A DNA stretch of 64,000 nt. It comes from an uncultured Planctomycetota bacterium. Lineage in GTDB: Bacteria; Planctomycetota; Planctomycetia; Isosphaerales; Isosphaeraceae. Below are positions 42,813 to 54,335 of the stretch, in pieces. The stretch's first letter is position 1. Each line of letters opens with the position of its first letter. The stretch covers positions 128,001 to 192,000 of the forward strand of contig CAWGMQ010000008.1 in assembly GCA_963823665.1 (NCBI GenBank). The letters run 5' to 3'. Below the pieces are notes generated by a model, which did no database searches, had not been told where the DNA came from, and saw nothing but the letters and a program-made list of their open reading frames with translations. The position numbers and the translations under genes are program-made.

Positions 42813-44918
42813 TCAGGGTGAAAGAACCAGAAGCACCAGCAGAAGAACCACGACGCAAAGCACCGATGCCCCGGCATAGAACTGAACCAACCCATTCTGG
42901 TATCTGGCCAGAACGATGCGGCCGAACCCGCGCGGAATCTTGGCGATGGCCCGCGCCAGCCCGTCCACGAAATAGGCATCCACAAAATCGCAAATGATAC
43001 CAAATGCGCGAGTCGGCCGGGCGATCAGCCACTCATAGAATTCATCAATGTAGAATTTGTTGAGTGACGCTTCATAGAGTGGCTTGGTTCTTCCCGCGAG
43101 CAGCCTGTTCAGCATTGGCTCGTAGAGCGGTTTCACTCGGCCGGCGATCTGGCCCGCCATCTCGTCTGCCCCGTAGAGCATGTAGCTGAGGACGATTCCG
43201 GCCAGGGCGGCCAAGGTACCCGTCATGGCCGTCGCCCAGTCGAAGTGGTGCTCGAAGTGCCCCAGCGACTCAAAGCCGAAGGTGAACTGAAGGTGATGCG
43301 CAAACCATTCGGTCGTTCCCGCAAACGGGCCCGCCAGCAAGCAGATGAGCCCGATCAACACGGTGCAACCCGCCAGCGCGATCAAGGGGTAAGTCATGAT
43401 CGGCGGCGATTCGTGCCCGACGTGTCCGCCGGAATCGTGGCCGTGCCCGTTCGACTGGGGGTCCGGTGCATGTGAATGGTCGGGCGCGGCGGCGTCGCTC
43501 GGCGCCGCCGCGCTCGCCACCTCGGGATCGTCGGGCCTCGGCAGCTTCTCCGGGCCCCAGAACGTCATGAAGAAAGCTCGCCCGGTGTAGAACGCCGTCA
43601 TGAAGGCCGTGACGACTGCCAGCACGTAAACGAGAGTGTAAACCCAGTGCCAGGCGAGCCCGAGCTCGCGGGCCGTTCCAGCCGCGGACTTGATCGACGT
43701 CAGGATTTCATCCTTGCTGAAAAAGCCGGAGAGTGGGAATACCCCGGAAAGCGCGAGCGCTCCCACGGCAAACGTTGCGCACGTGAAAGGCAGCCGGTGG
43801 CGCAGGCCGCGGAATCGACGCATGTCGATCACGTCTCCCATCGCATGCATCACGCTGCCGGATGCGAGGAAGAGCAATGCCTTGAAGAATGCGTGGGTGA
43901 AGAGGTGAAACATCGCCGCCACGACGGCGAGCTGGGCCACATTGCCAACACCCGCGCCGAGCGCCATGAACATGTAGCCGAGCTGGCTGACCGTGGAATA
44001 AGCCATCACCCGCTTGAGGTCGTTCTGCGTCACCGCGATCGATGCCGCGAGCAATGCGGTCGCGCAGCCGGTCACCGAGATCAAGACCAGCACGCCGGGG
44101 GCCAGCGTGAACAGCGGCATCGATCGCGCCACGAGGTACACGCCGGCCGTCACCATCGTGGCCGCGTGGATCAGCGCCGAGACAGGCGTCGGGCCTTCCA
44201 TGGCGTCCGGCAACCAGACGTAGAGCGGGATCTGGGCGCTCTTCGCCGTCGCCGCCCAGAAGAGCAAGAGCGAGATGCCGGCGATGGCCGCTGCCGGCAG
44301 CTTATGCAGCGTGCCTTCGGCGAACACGTTGCTGTAGCTCAGATCGTGGTTCGGGACAATCGACCACATCCAGAAAATGGCGATTGCAAAGCCGAAGTCC
44401 CCGATCCGATTGACCAGAAACGCCTTCATGGCAGCCGCTGCCGCCTTGGGCCGGGTGTGCCAGAAGCCCACCAGCAGATAGCTGCACACGCCCACGCCTT
44501 CCCAGAAGGCATAGGTGAGCACATAGTTGTTCGAGAGCACCAGACCCGTCATCGAGGTGACGAACAGGCCGATCAAGGCGAAGAATCGAGGATAGGCAGG
44601 GTCGCCCGCCATGTATCCCGCCGCGTAGACCGCCACCAGCGTCGAGACGAACGTAACCATCGAGAGCATCATCGTGGTGAGGCCGTCGATGCGAAACTCG
44701 ATCGGCACGTCGAGCTGGCTCACTGTCAGCCAGCGCGTCACCACGACCGTGTTCGTCGTCGAAGCAGCGCCCAGGAGCCCGAGCGAAACCAGGAACGCGA
44801 GCGCGATGCCGCCGGCGACCGGAATATGCGCAAGCTCGCGCACTCGCTTCGGCCCCAGCACCGCGATGGCGGCGCCCAGAAGCGGGAAGAACGGAATCAG
44901 CCAGGCAAGATGAATCAT
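42813..44918 (-). CDS. nuoL: NADH-quinone oxidoreductase subunit L
   Basis: KSAQIPLYVWLPDAMEGPTPVSALIHAATMVTAG, HAFFKALLFL. Confidence 0.95.
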   Translation of the reverse strand: MIHLAWLIPFFPLLGAAIAVLGPKRVRELAHIPVAGGIALAFLVSLGLLGAASTTNTVVVTRWLTVSQLDVPIEFRIDGLTTMMLSMVTFVSTLVAVYAAGYMAGDPAYPRFFALIGLFVTSMTGLVLSNNYVLTYAFWEGVGVCSYLLVGFWHTRPKAAAAAMKAFLVNRIGDFGFAIAIFWMWSIVPNHDLSYSNVFAEGTLHKLPAAAIAGISLLLFWAATAKSAQIPLYVWLPDAMEGPTPVSALIHAATMVTAGVYLVARSMPLFTLAPGVLVLISVTGCATALLAASIAVTQNDLKRVMAYSTVSQLGYMFMALGAGVGNVAQLAVVAAMFHLFTHAFFKALLFLASGSVMHAMGDVIDMRRFRGLRHRLPFTCATFAVGALALSGVFPLSGFFSKDEILTSIKSAAGTARELGLAWHWVYTLVYVLAVVTAFMTAFYTGRAFFMTFWGPEKLPRPDDPEVASAAAPSDAAAPDHSHAPDPQSNGHGHDSGGHVGHESPPIMTYPLIALAGCTVLIGLICLLAGPFAGTTEWFAHHLQFTFGFESLGHFEHHFDWATAMTGTLAALAGIVLSYMLYGADEMAGQIAGRVKPLYEPMLNRLLAGRTKPLYEASLNKFYIDEFYEWLIARPTRAFGIICDFVDAYFVDGLARAIAKIPRGFGRIVLARYQNGLVQFYAGASVLCVVVLLLVLLVLSP

Positions 44919-44931
44919 TCTATGGTTCCAT

Positions 44932-45405
44932 TTAGCGCCGGCGCTCGATCCACGGCTGGACCGGGTGCGCGGGCTCGACGCCCGCGGGCGCGAGGTGCGG
45001 GTATGACTCCGGGCCGGGCGCCGCTTCGATCGGTTCGGCCGCCAGAGTCTCTTCCATCTCCTCCTCGGCCTTCACACCTGCCTCACGGATATCCTGCCAA
45101 AGTGTGACGTCCAGCGACGAACGGCGGTTGTACAGCACCACGATCAAGGCCAGCGCGATCGATGCCTCGCAAGCCGCGACAGTCAGGATGACGATCGTGA
45201 AGACCTGCCCGGTCCACGTGCCGTGGTAGCGGCCGAACCCGACCAGCGAAAGCGCGATTCCTTGCAGCATCATCTCGACCGAGAGGAACATCACGATCAA
45301 ATTGCGGCGCGAAAGGAACCCCAGCATTCCCAGGGCGAAGAGCGCCGCCCCGATCAGCAAGTAATTCCTCAGTACGTCCAGCGTGAAGACGTCGGTGGGA
45401 GCCAT
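44932..45405 (-). CDS. nuoK: NADH-quinone oxidoreductase subunit K (C-terminally extended)
   Basis: RRNLIVMFLSVEMML, VAACEASIALAL. Confidence 0.9.
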   Translation of the reverse strand: MAPTDVFTLDVLRNYLLIGAALFALGMLGFLSRRNLIVMFLSVEMMLQGIALSLVGFGRYHGTWTGQVFTIVILTVAACEASIALALIVVLYNRRSSLDVTLWQDIREAGVKAEEEMEETLAAEPIEAAPGPESYPHLAPAGVEPAHPVQPWIERRR

Positions 45406-45484
45406 TGCATTTTGTGCTCGAAAAGGCGCTGTGCGCGATTTATGTTCGGATGCTCAGATAAGTAACGCAAGCGTTCGCGGGTCA

Positions 45485-46330
45485 TCAAGCCTCTGCCGGC
45501 GGCTTGGGCGGCTTGGGGTCGGTGATCACGACTGCGCCGACGAGCGCAACAAACAAGAGGACTCCCGCCAGACCGACCGTCACCAGATGAGTCGTGTAAA
45601 GCGACTCACCCAGCCCGGCGACATTCGGCTTTCGTTGGCCATCCGCATTCGAGATCATGCTGGTCGGGGGCAGCACGCGCTCGGCGGCGGCGCTGAATGA
45701 GCCCGCCGGGTCCAGATGGTACAGCTTGCGGAACTCCCGCGCCCGCGTCACATCAGCTACTCGCGCGGACGGCGGGCCTCCCAACTTGGCTGGGTCTGGC
45801 ATCGGCGTGAATAGAACGGCGGAGAGCGAGTAGATCAAACACCACAGGAGCAGGAAGCACGTGAAGGTCGCTGGGCCGGGAGCTCGGGCAGCGCGGTCGT
45901 AAATCGCTTTACCCTCCATCTGCGCCAGCATGATCACGAACAGAAACGTGACGATGATCGCGCCGGCGTACACGATCACCGTGCCGGCCGCGAGAAACGA
46001 TGCGTCTGCGAGCAGGAAGAGGCCCGCTGTTGCGATCACGACCATCGCGAACCAGAGTGCGCTATAAACGGGATTGCGGCTGGTGATCGTGAGCACGCCA
46101 CCGGCGATGGCACCGATGCCGAAAACGTAAAAGAAAAACCCAGCCATCGGCTCCCCGGGCGGCTTCCAGAAGACGAGAAACAACAGCAGGCCCAAGCTGG
46201 CCGAAAGCGCGCCTGCGGCGTGCACGCGACGCGGCCGAGCAGCTCCATGCTTGTGCGGTAGCAGCAAGTACGTTCCGGCCGCCCCCAAGAGTACGACGAA
46301 TGCGGCCATGATCACGTCAGCGGTCGTCAT
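45485..46330 (-). CDS. nuoJ: NADH-quinone oxidoreductase subunit J
   Basis: RNPVYSAL, VYAGAIIVTFLFVIML. Confidence 0.9.
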   Translation of the reverse strand: MTTADVIMAAFVVLLGAAGTYLLLPHKHGAARPRRVHAAGALSASLGLLLFLVFWKPPGEPMAGFFFYVFGIGAIAGGVLTITSRNPVYSALWFAMVVIATAGLFLLADASFLAAGTVIVYAGAIIVTFLFVIMLAQMEGKAIYDRAARAPGPATFTCFLLLWCLIYSLSAVLFTPMPDPAKLGGPPSARVADVTRAREFRKLYHLDPAGSFSAAAERVLPPTSMISNADGQRKPNVAGLGESLYTTHLVTVGLAGVLLFVALVGAVVITDPKPPKPPAEA

Positions 46331-46872
46331 CGCGGCTCTGCCTTCCCATACGGCATCGGCTCCTGGTCTTTCGTGGCGTCGTAGACCGAAAGGAGCTTCG
46401 TCTTGTCGAAGATCATTCCCTCCCGGGTCAGCCCCGTCAGGTCATAGAGCGCGGTCAGCTCGATCGCTTCAACGGGACAGGCCTCCTCGCACATCCCACA
46501 ATAAATGCAGCGCAGCTCGTCGATGACGAAGTTCTCCGGGTATTTTTCCCGGTCGGGCCAGGAGGGTGGTGCGGTGGCGCCTACGATGTCGATGCAATGC
46601 GCAGGGCAGGCCGTTGCGCACAGCATGCAGGCCACGCATTTCACGCGCCCGTGCTCATCCTTGTTGAGCCGGTGAACTCCGCGGTAATTCGGGCTGGGAA
46701 CGTGCTGTTCCTCGGGATACTGCATCGTGATCGCCTTGCCGCCAAACATCACCCCGCCGATATGCGCGCGCCGTCACTGCCAGCCCGCCGGCGATCGGGA
46801 AAAGATAGAACCGCTCTAGCACGTTCAGCCGCGGCGGCTCGATCTTCTTGAGCTTGGGATCATCGGGCGCAC
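46327..46872 (-). CDS. nuoI: NADH-quinone oxidoreductase subunit I (frameshifted)
   Basis: CVACMLCATACP and CIYCGMCEEACP. Confidence 0.9.
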
Positions 46873-46887
46873 TCGATCCTCCTTCAA

Positions 46888-47928
46888 TTAGCTGTGAATC
46901 AATTGCACGATAATCGCGGTTGCGACCAGATTGATGAGTGCCAGCGGAATCAGCGACTTCCAGGCAAGGTCCATGAGCTGGTCGTAGCGAAATCTCGGGA
47001 GCGTCCAGCGAACCCACATGATGATCAGGATCATCACGGCCACCTTGAAGAGGATGACGCCGCATTTGACGAGCGCGATGAAGAAGCCGGTCTGCTCCTG
47101 GCTCAGAAAAAACGGCAGGTCCCAACCACCGAAGAACAGGATCACCGTCATGAAGCTCATGTTGATTACGTGTACGTATTCGCCGAGAAAAAACATGCCG
47201 AACTTCATGCCCGAATACTCAGTGTGAAAGCCGCCCACGAGCTCCTGCTCCGATTCGGGCAAGTCGAACGGCAGCCGATTGGTCTCGGCGAACGAGCTGA
47301 TCAAGAAAATCAAGAACCCGACCGGTGATATGAAGAACCCCCAGACGTGATGGTCCTGCCAGTTGATCATCGCATTCAGGTCGAGCGTGCTCATGGCCAG
47401 AACGACGCCCAGAATCGAAAGGCCAAGTGGGATCTCATAGCTGATCAACTGGGCGCTCGAGCGGAGCGCACCAATAAAGGAGTATTTGTTATTGGAGGCC
47501 CATCCGGCCAGAATCACGCCGTAAACCGCCAGGCTACTGATGGCGAAGATATAGAGGATGCCGATGTCGACGCCCGGCGCGATCTGGAAGCTCCAGTTCT
47601 GCCAATCGTCACTCCACACCGGGCCGAACGGTATGACGGCGAAGGCGACCAGGGCCGCGATGATCGCGATCAAGGGTGCCAGCATGTAGAGCGGCTTGTT
47701 GACGTAGCGCGGCACGACGCCTTCCTTCAGAAGCATCTTGGCACCATCGGCCAGCGGCTGCAGCAGGCCGAAGGGAATACCGAACTCGCGGCCCGCACGG
47801 TTGGGGCCGATGCGGTCTTGCGCAAAAGCGGCCACCTTCCGCTCGACATAGATCAGGTAGGCCACCGCGCCCAAGAGCACGCTGGCGACCACGACAATCT
47901 TGAAAGTAATACCCAGAAGCAACAGCAT
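46888..47928 (-). CDS. nuoH: NADH-quinone oxidoreductase subunit H
   Basis: ERKVAAFAQDRIGPNR, AETNRLPFDLPESEQELVGGF. Confidence 0.95.
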   Translation of the reverse strand: MLLLLGITFKIVVVASVLLGAVAYLIYVERKVAAFAQDRIGPNRAGREFGIPFGLLQPLADGAKMLLKEGVVPRYVNKPLYMLAPLIAIIAALVAFAVIPFGPVWSDDWQNWSFQIAPGVDIGILYIFAISSLAVYGVILAGWASNNKYSFIGALRSSAQLISYEIPLGLSILGVVLAMSTLDLNAMINWQDHHVWGFFISPVGFLIFLISSFAETNRLPFDLPESEQELVGGFHTEYSGMKFGMFFLGEYVHVINMSFMTVILFFGGWDLPFFLSQEQTGFFIALVKCGVILFKVAVMILIIMWVRWTLPRFRYDQLMDLAWKSLIPLALINLVATAIIVQLIHS

Positions 47929-48012
47929 CGACTCAAATCCTGCCTGACTCTTGTCTCATTTGATCATTCGGAACATGTTGCGTCAGCCGCCCGGCCGATT
48001 CGATTCTTTCAT

Positions 48013-49761
48013 CTACCGTGCGCGGGCCGCGCCATGGGCGAGAAACCACGTATCGGTGAAGGTCACACCCCCCCGACGCCCATCGGCCGGCGCGGCGGCG
48101 CCCAAAAGCACGCCGTGCACTGGCAGTTTTCCTCCATTGGCGACGGCGAACGCCGGTATCAGCCCGGCGACCTCGGCAAGCACCGTGCTCGACTCAATCG
48201 GTCCGCCTCCCGGCCGATGCAGCAGAATCGCCAGGAGATCGAGGTCCGGTAGTGAGCCGTCGCGGGGCGGGAGCGCTGCTTCGGCGTACTGCAAACGGCC
48301 GTCGGCGTTCACGTAGCAGCCCGCCTTTTCGGCGAATGTCGCCCCGGCCAAGACGACGTCGGCGCGGTGCGCAAGAGGTGTCACATTCGTGTCCTGTACC
48401 ACCAGGAACTTCACTCTTGAGCGAAGCGCCTCGCTCCCGGCTTCGTCGATCCAGGGGTCGATCGCGTCCGAGACGACATACAGCCCTTGAAACTCACCCG
48501 CGGCCGCCCGCCGAACCAGCTCGTCGTAGCCTGTCACATTGCCTTCGAAGTGCTCGAGAACCGCGGAAACCCCGCGCCGGTTGGGGCATTTTTCCGCGTG
48601 GATCGTGAAGGGCCGCGGCACCACGAAGCTCGTGTCACCCGTCCGCCCCTTGGTCTGGTCGGGCTGAAAGGTCTGGTCCGTTCCGCTCGAGAGGACCGGC
48701 CCCAGCGTCAGAACATTGGCCGGGTTCAGCCCCTTGATATAAGACGCAGCGAGGTAAGCTTCCTCGACGGTCAAGAACGGGGAGAGCACACCCGCCACGA
48801 TTCCGCCCGCCTCGCAAATCTCCTTGAGGCCCCGATCGGCGGCGCGGGCAGCCTCATCAATCGCGACCGGCTGGAGATCGCCGTTCTTCCGGACGTACAT
48901 CGCCCCGAGCAAGTTGGGGTTGTTCGCGGCCTTGTAGCTATATCGGCCTTCGTCGCAGATCCAGTAGTCGTTCACCAGAGGGTTGCTTCGGGGTTTGAAC
49001 CGCCAGAGTGCACCGCGATTTTCCTCGGCAGTGATGTTGCAGCCCGTCGAGCATCGCGTGCAGATGCTATTATGTTTGGACAGAAACCAGGCCCGTTGCT
49101 TGTGCAGGAAGTCTTTGTCGAGCAGGGCGCCGACCGGGCAGAGGTCGACGACGTTGCCGGCGAGAGGGTTGTCGACCGGCTCTCCCGGGAAGACGTCGAT
49201 CTCGGCATGATTGCCGCGCCTCGTCACCTGGAGCTCGCCGGTCTGGGAAATCTCACGCGTGAAGCGCACGCAGCGGGTGCACATGATGCAGCGGTCCTGG
49301 TTGAGCTGGATCAAGGGCCCGACGTCCTTCCGCGGGTTGACGGCGCGCTCCTCGACGAAGCGATGCACCGACTGTCCGTAGCGGAAGCTGTAATCCTGCA
49401 GGCCACACTCGCCCGCCTGGTCGCAGACCGGGCAGTCGAGCGGATGATTGAGCAGGAGATACTCCATGATCATCCGCTGATGCTCCTTGACCTTGGGGCT
49501 TTCGGTCACGAGCACGGTCAGGTCTTTCGCGGGCGTCTGACAGGCGGGCACCAGCTTGGGAAGCATCTTGATCTCGCCGGTCTTTGCGTCCTTCGTGCCG
49601 GTTTCGATTTCGCACATCCGGCAATTGGCGACCACGGATAGGGCCGGGTGCCAGCAGTAGTAAGGGATATCGATCCCCACCCGCTGCGCCATTTGGATGG
49701 CGTTGAGCTTCTCCCCCTCCGGGATCGTGTACTCGCTGTTATTGATGAAAATGGTTGCCAT
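48013..49761 (-). CDS. nuoG: NADH-quinone oxidoreductase subunit G (short form)
   Basis: NHPLDCPVCDQAGECGLQD, CIMCTRCVRF, CPVGAL. Confidence 0.92.
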   Translation of the reverse strand: MATIFINNSEYTIPEGEKLNAIQMAQRVGIDIPYYCWHPALSVVANCRMCEIETGTKDAKTGEIKMLPKLVPACQTPAKDLTVLVTESPKVKEHQRMIMEYLLLNHPLDCPVCDQAGECGLQDYSFRYGQSVHRFVEERAVNPRKDVGPLIQLNQDRCIMCTRCVRFTREISQTGELQVTRRGNHAEIDVFPGEPVDNPLAGNVVDLCPVGALLDKDFLHKQRAWFLSKHNSICTRCSTGCNITAEENRGALWRFKPRSNPLVNDYWICDEGRYSYKAANNPNLLGAMYVRKNGDLQPVAIDEAARAADRGLKEICEAGGIVAGVLSPFLTVEEAYLAASYIKGLNPANVLTLGPVLSSGTDQTFQPDQTKGRTGDTSFVVPRPFTIHAEKCPNRRGVSAVLEHFEGNVTGYDELVRRAAAGEFQGLYVVSDAIDPWIDEAGSEALRSRVKFLVVQDTNVTPLAHRADVVLAGATFAEKAGCYVNADGRLQYAEAALPPRDGSLPDLDLLAILLHRPGGGPIESSTVLAEVAGLIPAFAVANGGKLPVHGVLLGAAAPADGRRGGVTFTDTWFLAHGAARAR

Positions 49762-49775
49762 CTGGTTGCCGTTCC

Positions 49776-51170
49776 TCAGTGACTTCTTCCGCCCCCGCCC
49801 CCAAGCCCGGTTAGCACCGGCAGACCTCCCGCGGCGTTTGGAACGATCTGGGGCGTTTTGCCGTGTGCGATGTTCTCTTGCAGCGGCGTGATTTCCGCGT
49901 CGGCGTTCTGCCGGCTGCGAATGTACTCTTCGAGCTCACCTCGGAACTTGGCGACGGCGTTCTTGATCGGCCACGCGGCCCCGTCGGCCAGGCCACAAAT
50001 CGTCGTTCCCGGAATGATTCCCATGTTGTTCGCCATATGGAGCATGATGTCCAGGTCTTCGAGCCTGCCGCCGCCGGCCTTGATGCGTTTCATCATCTTG
50101 TAGAACCAGCCGGTGCCCTCGCGGCATGGAGTGCATTGTCCGCAGCTCTCGTGGGCGAAGAACCGGCACGTGTTGTAGAGGTAGTCGACGATGCTGGTCT
50201 GGTCGTCGATCACGGTCACGGCGGCCGTCCCGAGGCCCAGGCATCCCGGCTTGCGCAGGCTCTCGAAGTCGAGCGGGGTGTCAAGCTCTTCGGAGGAGAG
50301 CAGCCCCATGCTGATGCCCCCCGGCACGGCTGCCTTGGCTTTGCGACCTTTCCAGACTCCGCCGGCGTGCTCGTCGATCAAGGCGCGGCAGGTGATTCCC
50401 AGCGGAAGCTCGACGCAGACCTGCTTGTTGACGTGGCCCGAGACACAGTACAGTTTTGGTCCGTAGCTCTTGGGAGTGCCGATCGATTTGAACCAGCTCG
50501 CGCCGCGCTCCAGGATGTGGGGAACGCAGCAGAGCGTTTCGACGTTGTTGACGACCGTCGGTTTGCGAAACGCGCCTTCGATCGCCGGAAACGGCGGCTT
50601 GATCCGCGGCCAGCCCCGCTTCCCTTCCAGGCTCTCGATCAGCCCGGTCTCCTCGCCGCAGATGTAGGCGCCCGCGCCGCGGTGCAGCCAGACGTCCAGG
50701 TTGAAGCCGGTGCCGTAGATGTTCTGTCCCAGGTGGCCGGCCGAACGAGCCTCTTCGATTGCGGCCTCGAGAATCCGGTAGGCGCGGATGTACTCGAATC
50801 GAAGATACAGATAGGCGGTCGTCGCCTTGGTGGCGAAGCAGGCGATCAAGATTCCCTCGAGAAGCTGGTGCGGGTCTTTCTCCATGAGCAGGCGGTTGTT
50901 GAACGTGGCCGGCTCGCTTTCATCGGCGTTGATGCACATGAGCGTTTCCTTCCGGTCCTTGGGAAGGAACGTCCACTTGAGCCCGCACGGAAACCCGGCG
51001 CCGCCGCGGCCGCGAAGCTCTGAGTCCTTGACCAGCGTCACCACGGAGTCGGGATCGCTCGCCAGCGCCTTGCGCGCGGCCTGGTAACCTCCCCGCGACT
51101 CATACACCTTGAGCGTATGGCCATCGGTGACGTTCCAGTTTCGGCTGAGCACGGGTTCAAACTCGGGCAC
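49776..51170 (-). CDS. nuoF: NADH-quinone oxidoreductase subunit F
   Basis: LRGRGGAGF, GAGAYICGEET, ESCGQCTPCREG. Confidence 0.96.
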   Translation of the reverse strand: MPEFEPVLSRNWNVTDGHTLKVYESRGGYQAARKALASDPDSVVTLVKDSELRGRGGAGFPCGLKWTFLPKDRKETLMCINADESEPATFNNRLLMEKDPHQLLEGILIACFATKATTAYLYLRFEYIRAYRILEAAIEEARSAGHLGQNIYGTGFNLDVWLHRGAGAYICGEETGLIESLEGKRGWPRIKPPFPAIEGAFRKPTVVNNVETLCCVPHILERGASWFKSIGTPKSYGPKLYCVSGHVNKQVCVELPLGITCRALIDEHAGGVWKGRKAKAAVPGGISMGLLSSEELDTPLDFESLRKPGCLGLGTAAVTVIDDQTSIVDYLYNTCRFFAHESCGQCTPCREGTGWFYKMMKRIKAGGGRLEDLDIMLHMANNMGIIPGTTICGLADGAAWPIKNAVAKFRGELEEYIRSRQNADAEITPLQENIAHGKTPQIVPNAAGGLPVLTGLGGGGGRSH

Positions 51171-51252
51171 AGACTCGAGCTCCTCAGCAAGTAATTACCT
51201 TGAGTCTCTTCACCTCGAACTCCCATCAGCTATCCGTCAGACTGACCGCCCG

Positions 51253-51790
51253 TCACCGCGGGCGAGCACCCAGTTCCGCGAGCATCCGATCCACTTGAGC
51301 CTCGTCGAGCGGCCCGAAAACACGACCGTCGTCGGCCAGGGCGGCCGGGGCGAAGTCGCAGATTCCCAGGCATTCGGCGAAATCAACGGTCAGCTCGCCT
51401 GCCATGGTGGTCGCGCCCGGCTCGATTCCCAGCTTGCTGGCAGGCATGCCCGAGCATCTCGTCGCCGCCGCTGAGCATGCACGAGAGCGATCGGCAGATC
51501 CAGACGCGCACGTCGCCGATCGGCGCCTGCGGGAAAAAGCCGTAGAAGCTCATCGTGTCGTGAACTTCCGCCGCCGTGATCTCCAAGAGCTCGGCGATCT
51601 CGGCCATCGCTTGCAGCGGCACGCACCGCAGGTGCTCTTGCACCAGGTGCAATGCCGGCAGGGTGACCGCACGCTTGCTCGGATAACGCGGAAACAACGA
51701 GCAGATCTTCTCCTTGAGGGGTTCGGAGATGATCGGGATTCGCTCCGGTTTGTTGTTCACGCTGACGGGATCAAGAGGCATCTCGGTCAT
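51253..51790 (-). CDS. nuoE: NADH-quinone oxidoreductase subunit E (frameshift near 51450)
   Basis: CRSLSCMLSG then ECLGICDFAP in the next frame. Confidence 0.9.
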
Positions 51791-51823
51791 TTCCTGTCGA
51801 AGATCGATGCAAAAAGTTCTCGG

Positions 51824-53048
51824 TCAACGGTCAAGCTCGGCGGCAATGATGTTCAAGCTGCCCAGCACGGCCACGACGTCGGCCAGCATGAGTCCCTTGA
51901 TGATCTTGGGAAATACGGCAAAGTGAATGAACGAGGGGGGCCGCGTCCGCACCCGCCAGGCTGTCTGGCTGCCGTCGCAGACGAGGTAGTAGCCGAGCTC
52001 GCCGTTAGGGCTTTCCACCGCCGCGTAAATCTCGTCGCGCGGAGTCTCGACGCCTCGGTTGGGCATGATCAGCTCGAAATGCTGGATCAAGCCTTCCATG
52101 CTGTTGTACGTCGTGAGCTTGTCGGGCAGGGGGAACTTCTCGGCGATCGGCACGTTCACCGGTCCTTTGGGCAGTTGCTTGATTGCCTGCGTGAGAATCT
52201 TGTGGCTCTGCCGCATCTCTTCCATGCGCACGATGAACCGCGCCCAGGAATCGCCCTCGTCGGTGTAAGGCACCTCGAAATCGAGCTCGGGGTAGACCAG
52301 GTAGGGTACGTCCTTGCGGAGGTCGCTCGTCACGCCGCTTGCCCGCGCAATCGGGCCCGGTGCAGGAGTAGGCGACGGCATCGGCCTTCGAGAGTACACC
52401 GACCTTTCGCAGGCGGTCGAGAAATATGCGGTTCGCGAAAAAGCAGCTTCTCCATGTCGGTGTAGACCTGGGGAAAGCTGTCGAGGACCGCCTGGATTCG
52501 ATTGAGCACACGATCGTTGAAGTCCTGCAAGACTCCGCCTACTCGGGTGTAACCTGGGTGAAAGCGGTAGCCCGACATCTCTTCGTAGACGTCGTAGATC
52601 AGCTCGCGCAGGTTGAAGGCGTAGAGAAAGGCGGTGAACGCCCCGAGATCGAGCGCGGCGGCGCCGGTGCAGAGCAGGTGATCGCTGATTCGTGCCAGCT
52701 CGGAGATGATGACGCGGATGTACTGACAGCGCGGGGTCAGCTCGATGTCCCAGCAGCTTCTCGACCGCGTGGTGCCACGCCACCTCGTTCATCGGCGGGC
52801 TGATGTAGTTCTTGCGGTCGACGATGGTGACGTACTGGTTGAAATTCAAATGCTCGCCAAGCTTCTCGAATCCCGGAGTGCAGATACCCGATGTCGGGCG
52901 TGGCTCGTTCGACCCGCTCACCGTCGAGCTCGAGGATGAGCCGGAGCGTGGTGTGCGTGGCCGGATGCTGGGGCCCGAAGTTGAGCGTCCAGGTCGCCTG
53001 TTTCTGCTCTGATGCCAGGGCGGGTTCGTCGAGCAAGTCGGTCGTCAT
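51824..53048 (-). CDS. nuoD: NADH-quinone oxidoreductase subunit D (several frameshifts)
   Basis: [44 protein letters not shown]. Confidence 0.92.
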
Positions 53049-53615
53049 CCCGTCTCCATGATGAATGGCGTGGCGAGAGTCATGATTCGCCCCGGGAGAT
53101 CCTTGGGGAAATTGTGGCGCTCGCCCCGGCCGCGCAGCGGATAGTCCTTGCGGAGCGGGTAGGCGGTGAATTCCTCGGGCATCAAAATGCGCCGCAGGTC
53201 GGGGTGGCCGATAAATCGGATACCGAACATATCAAATACTTCGCGTTCCATCCAGTCCGCGCCGGGCCAGAGGGGCACGGCCGAGGGGAGTGCCGGGTCG
53301 GGGTCATCGACTCCCGCCTTGACGATCAAGCACTCCGAGCTGTCGAGGTTGCGCAGCACGTAGTGCACCTCGATAGCGCCGCCGTGTCCAGCCGGGGTAG
53401 CCCAGGTAGTCGGTCGCGCCCAGTTCCGAAAGCAGATTGAACCCGCACTTGCTCTTGAGCGTCTCGAGCAGTTCCTGGAGCCGCTCTACCGGCACGAACA
53501 GCCGCAGGTTGTCGCGAAAGCGCGACATGCTGAAGACGCCCTCGCCAAGCTCTCTGTCGAGCTTGTCAAGGGTCGCGGCGTGGGGATCAACGGCGATGGA
53601 CAAGTCACTGCTCAT
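53045..53615 (-). CDS. nuoC: NADH-quinone oxidoreductase subunit C (frameshifted)
   Basis: [24 protein letters not shown]...PLRKDYPL. Confidence 0.9.
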
Positions 53616-54335
53616 GGAAGTTCTAGCGTGATTCCGCTTCCCCGAGCTCGGCCTCGCCGCCGGGGAGGCGGTAGCCGAACCGTTCTTCGTCTCCGCGCTC
53701 GTGCGCGATCGCGCGCCCGGCGGCGCCGAGCACTGATCGGCCAGGTATTTCTCGCGCTCGAGTTGCTCGGGAAGCCCTCCTGCGCCCGACATCGTTCCAC
53801 CTTTCTGGATCTTTTCCTGGATGTCGATCAACGCCCGGAGGATCTGCTCGGGCCGCGGTGGACACCCGGGAATGTAGACGTCGACCGGCATGAATCGGTC
53901 GACTCCCTGCACCACCGCGTATGTGTCGAATACGCCCCCAGTCGATGCGCAGGCACCCATGCTGATGCACCACTTGGGCTCGGGCATCTGCAGCCAGATT
54001 CGCTGCAGAACGGGCATCATCTTCATGGCGACCCGCCCGGCGACGATCATCAGGTCGCACTGTCGCGGGCTGAAGCGCATCACCTCGGCGCCGAACCGGG
54101 CGATATCGAACCGGCTCGCTCCGACGGCCATCAGTTCAATCCCGCAGCAGGCCGTCGCGAACGGCATGGGCCACAAGCTGTACTTGCGGCACCAGTTCAC
54201 CACCGAGTCGCGCTTGGTCACGAATGTATTTTCGGGCATCGCGCCGGCTCCCGAGGGCGCGACCTGAAGGTTCGCGCCCACCGCTCGCCGCAATTCCGCG
54301 GGCAGCGATCCCCCATCCCGGTTGCCTATCGCCAT
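53612..54335 (-). CDS. nuoB: NADH-quinone oxidoreductase subunit B (3' frameshift; start may be 54239)
   Basis: [29 protein letters not shown]. Confidence 0.92.
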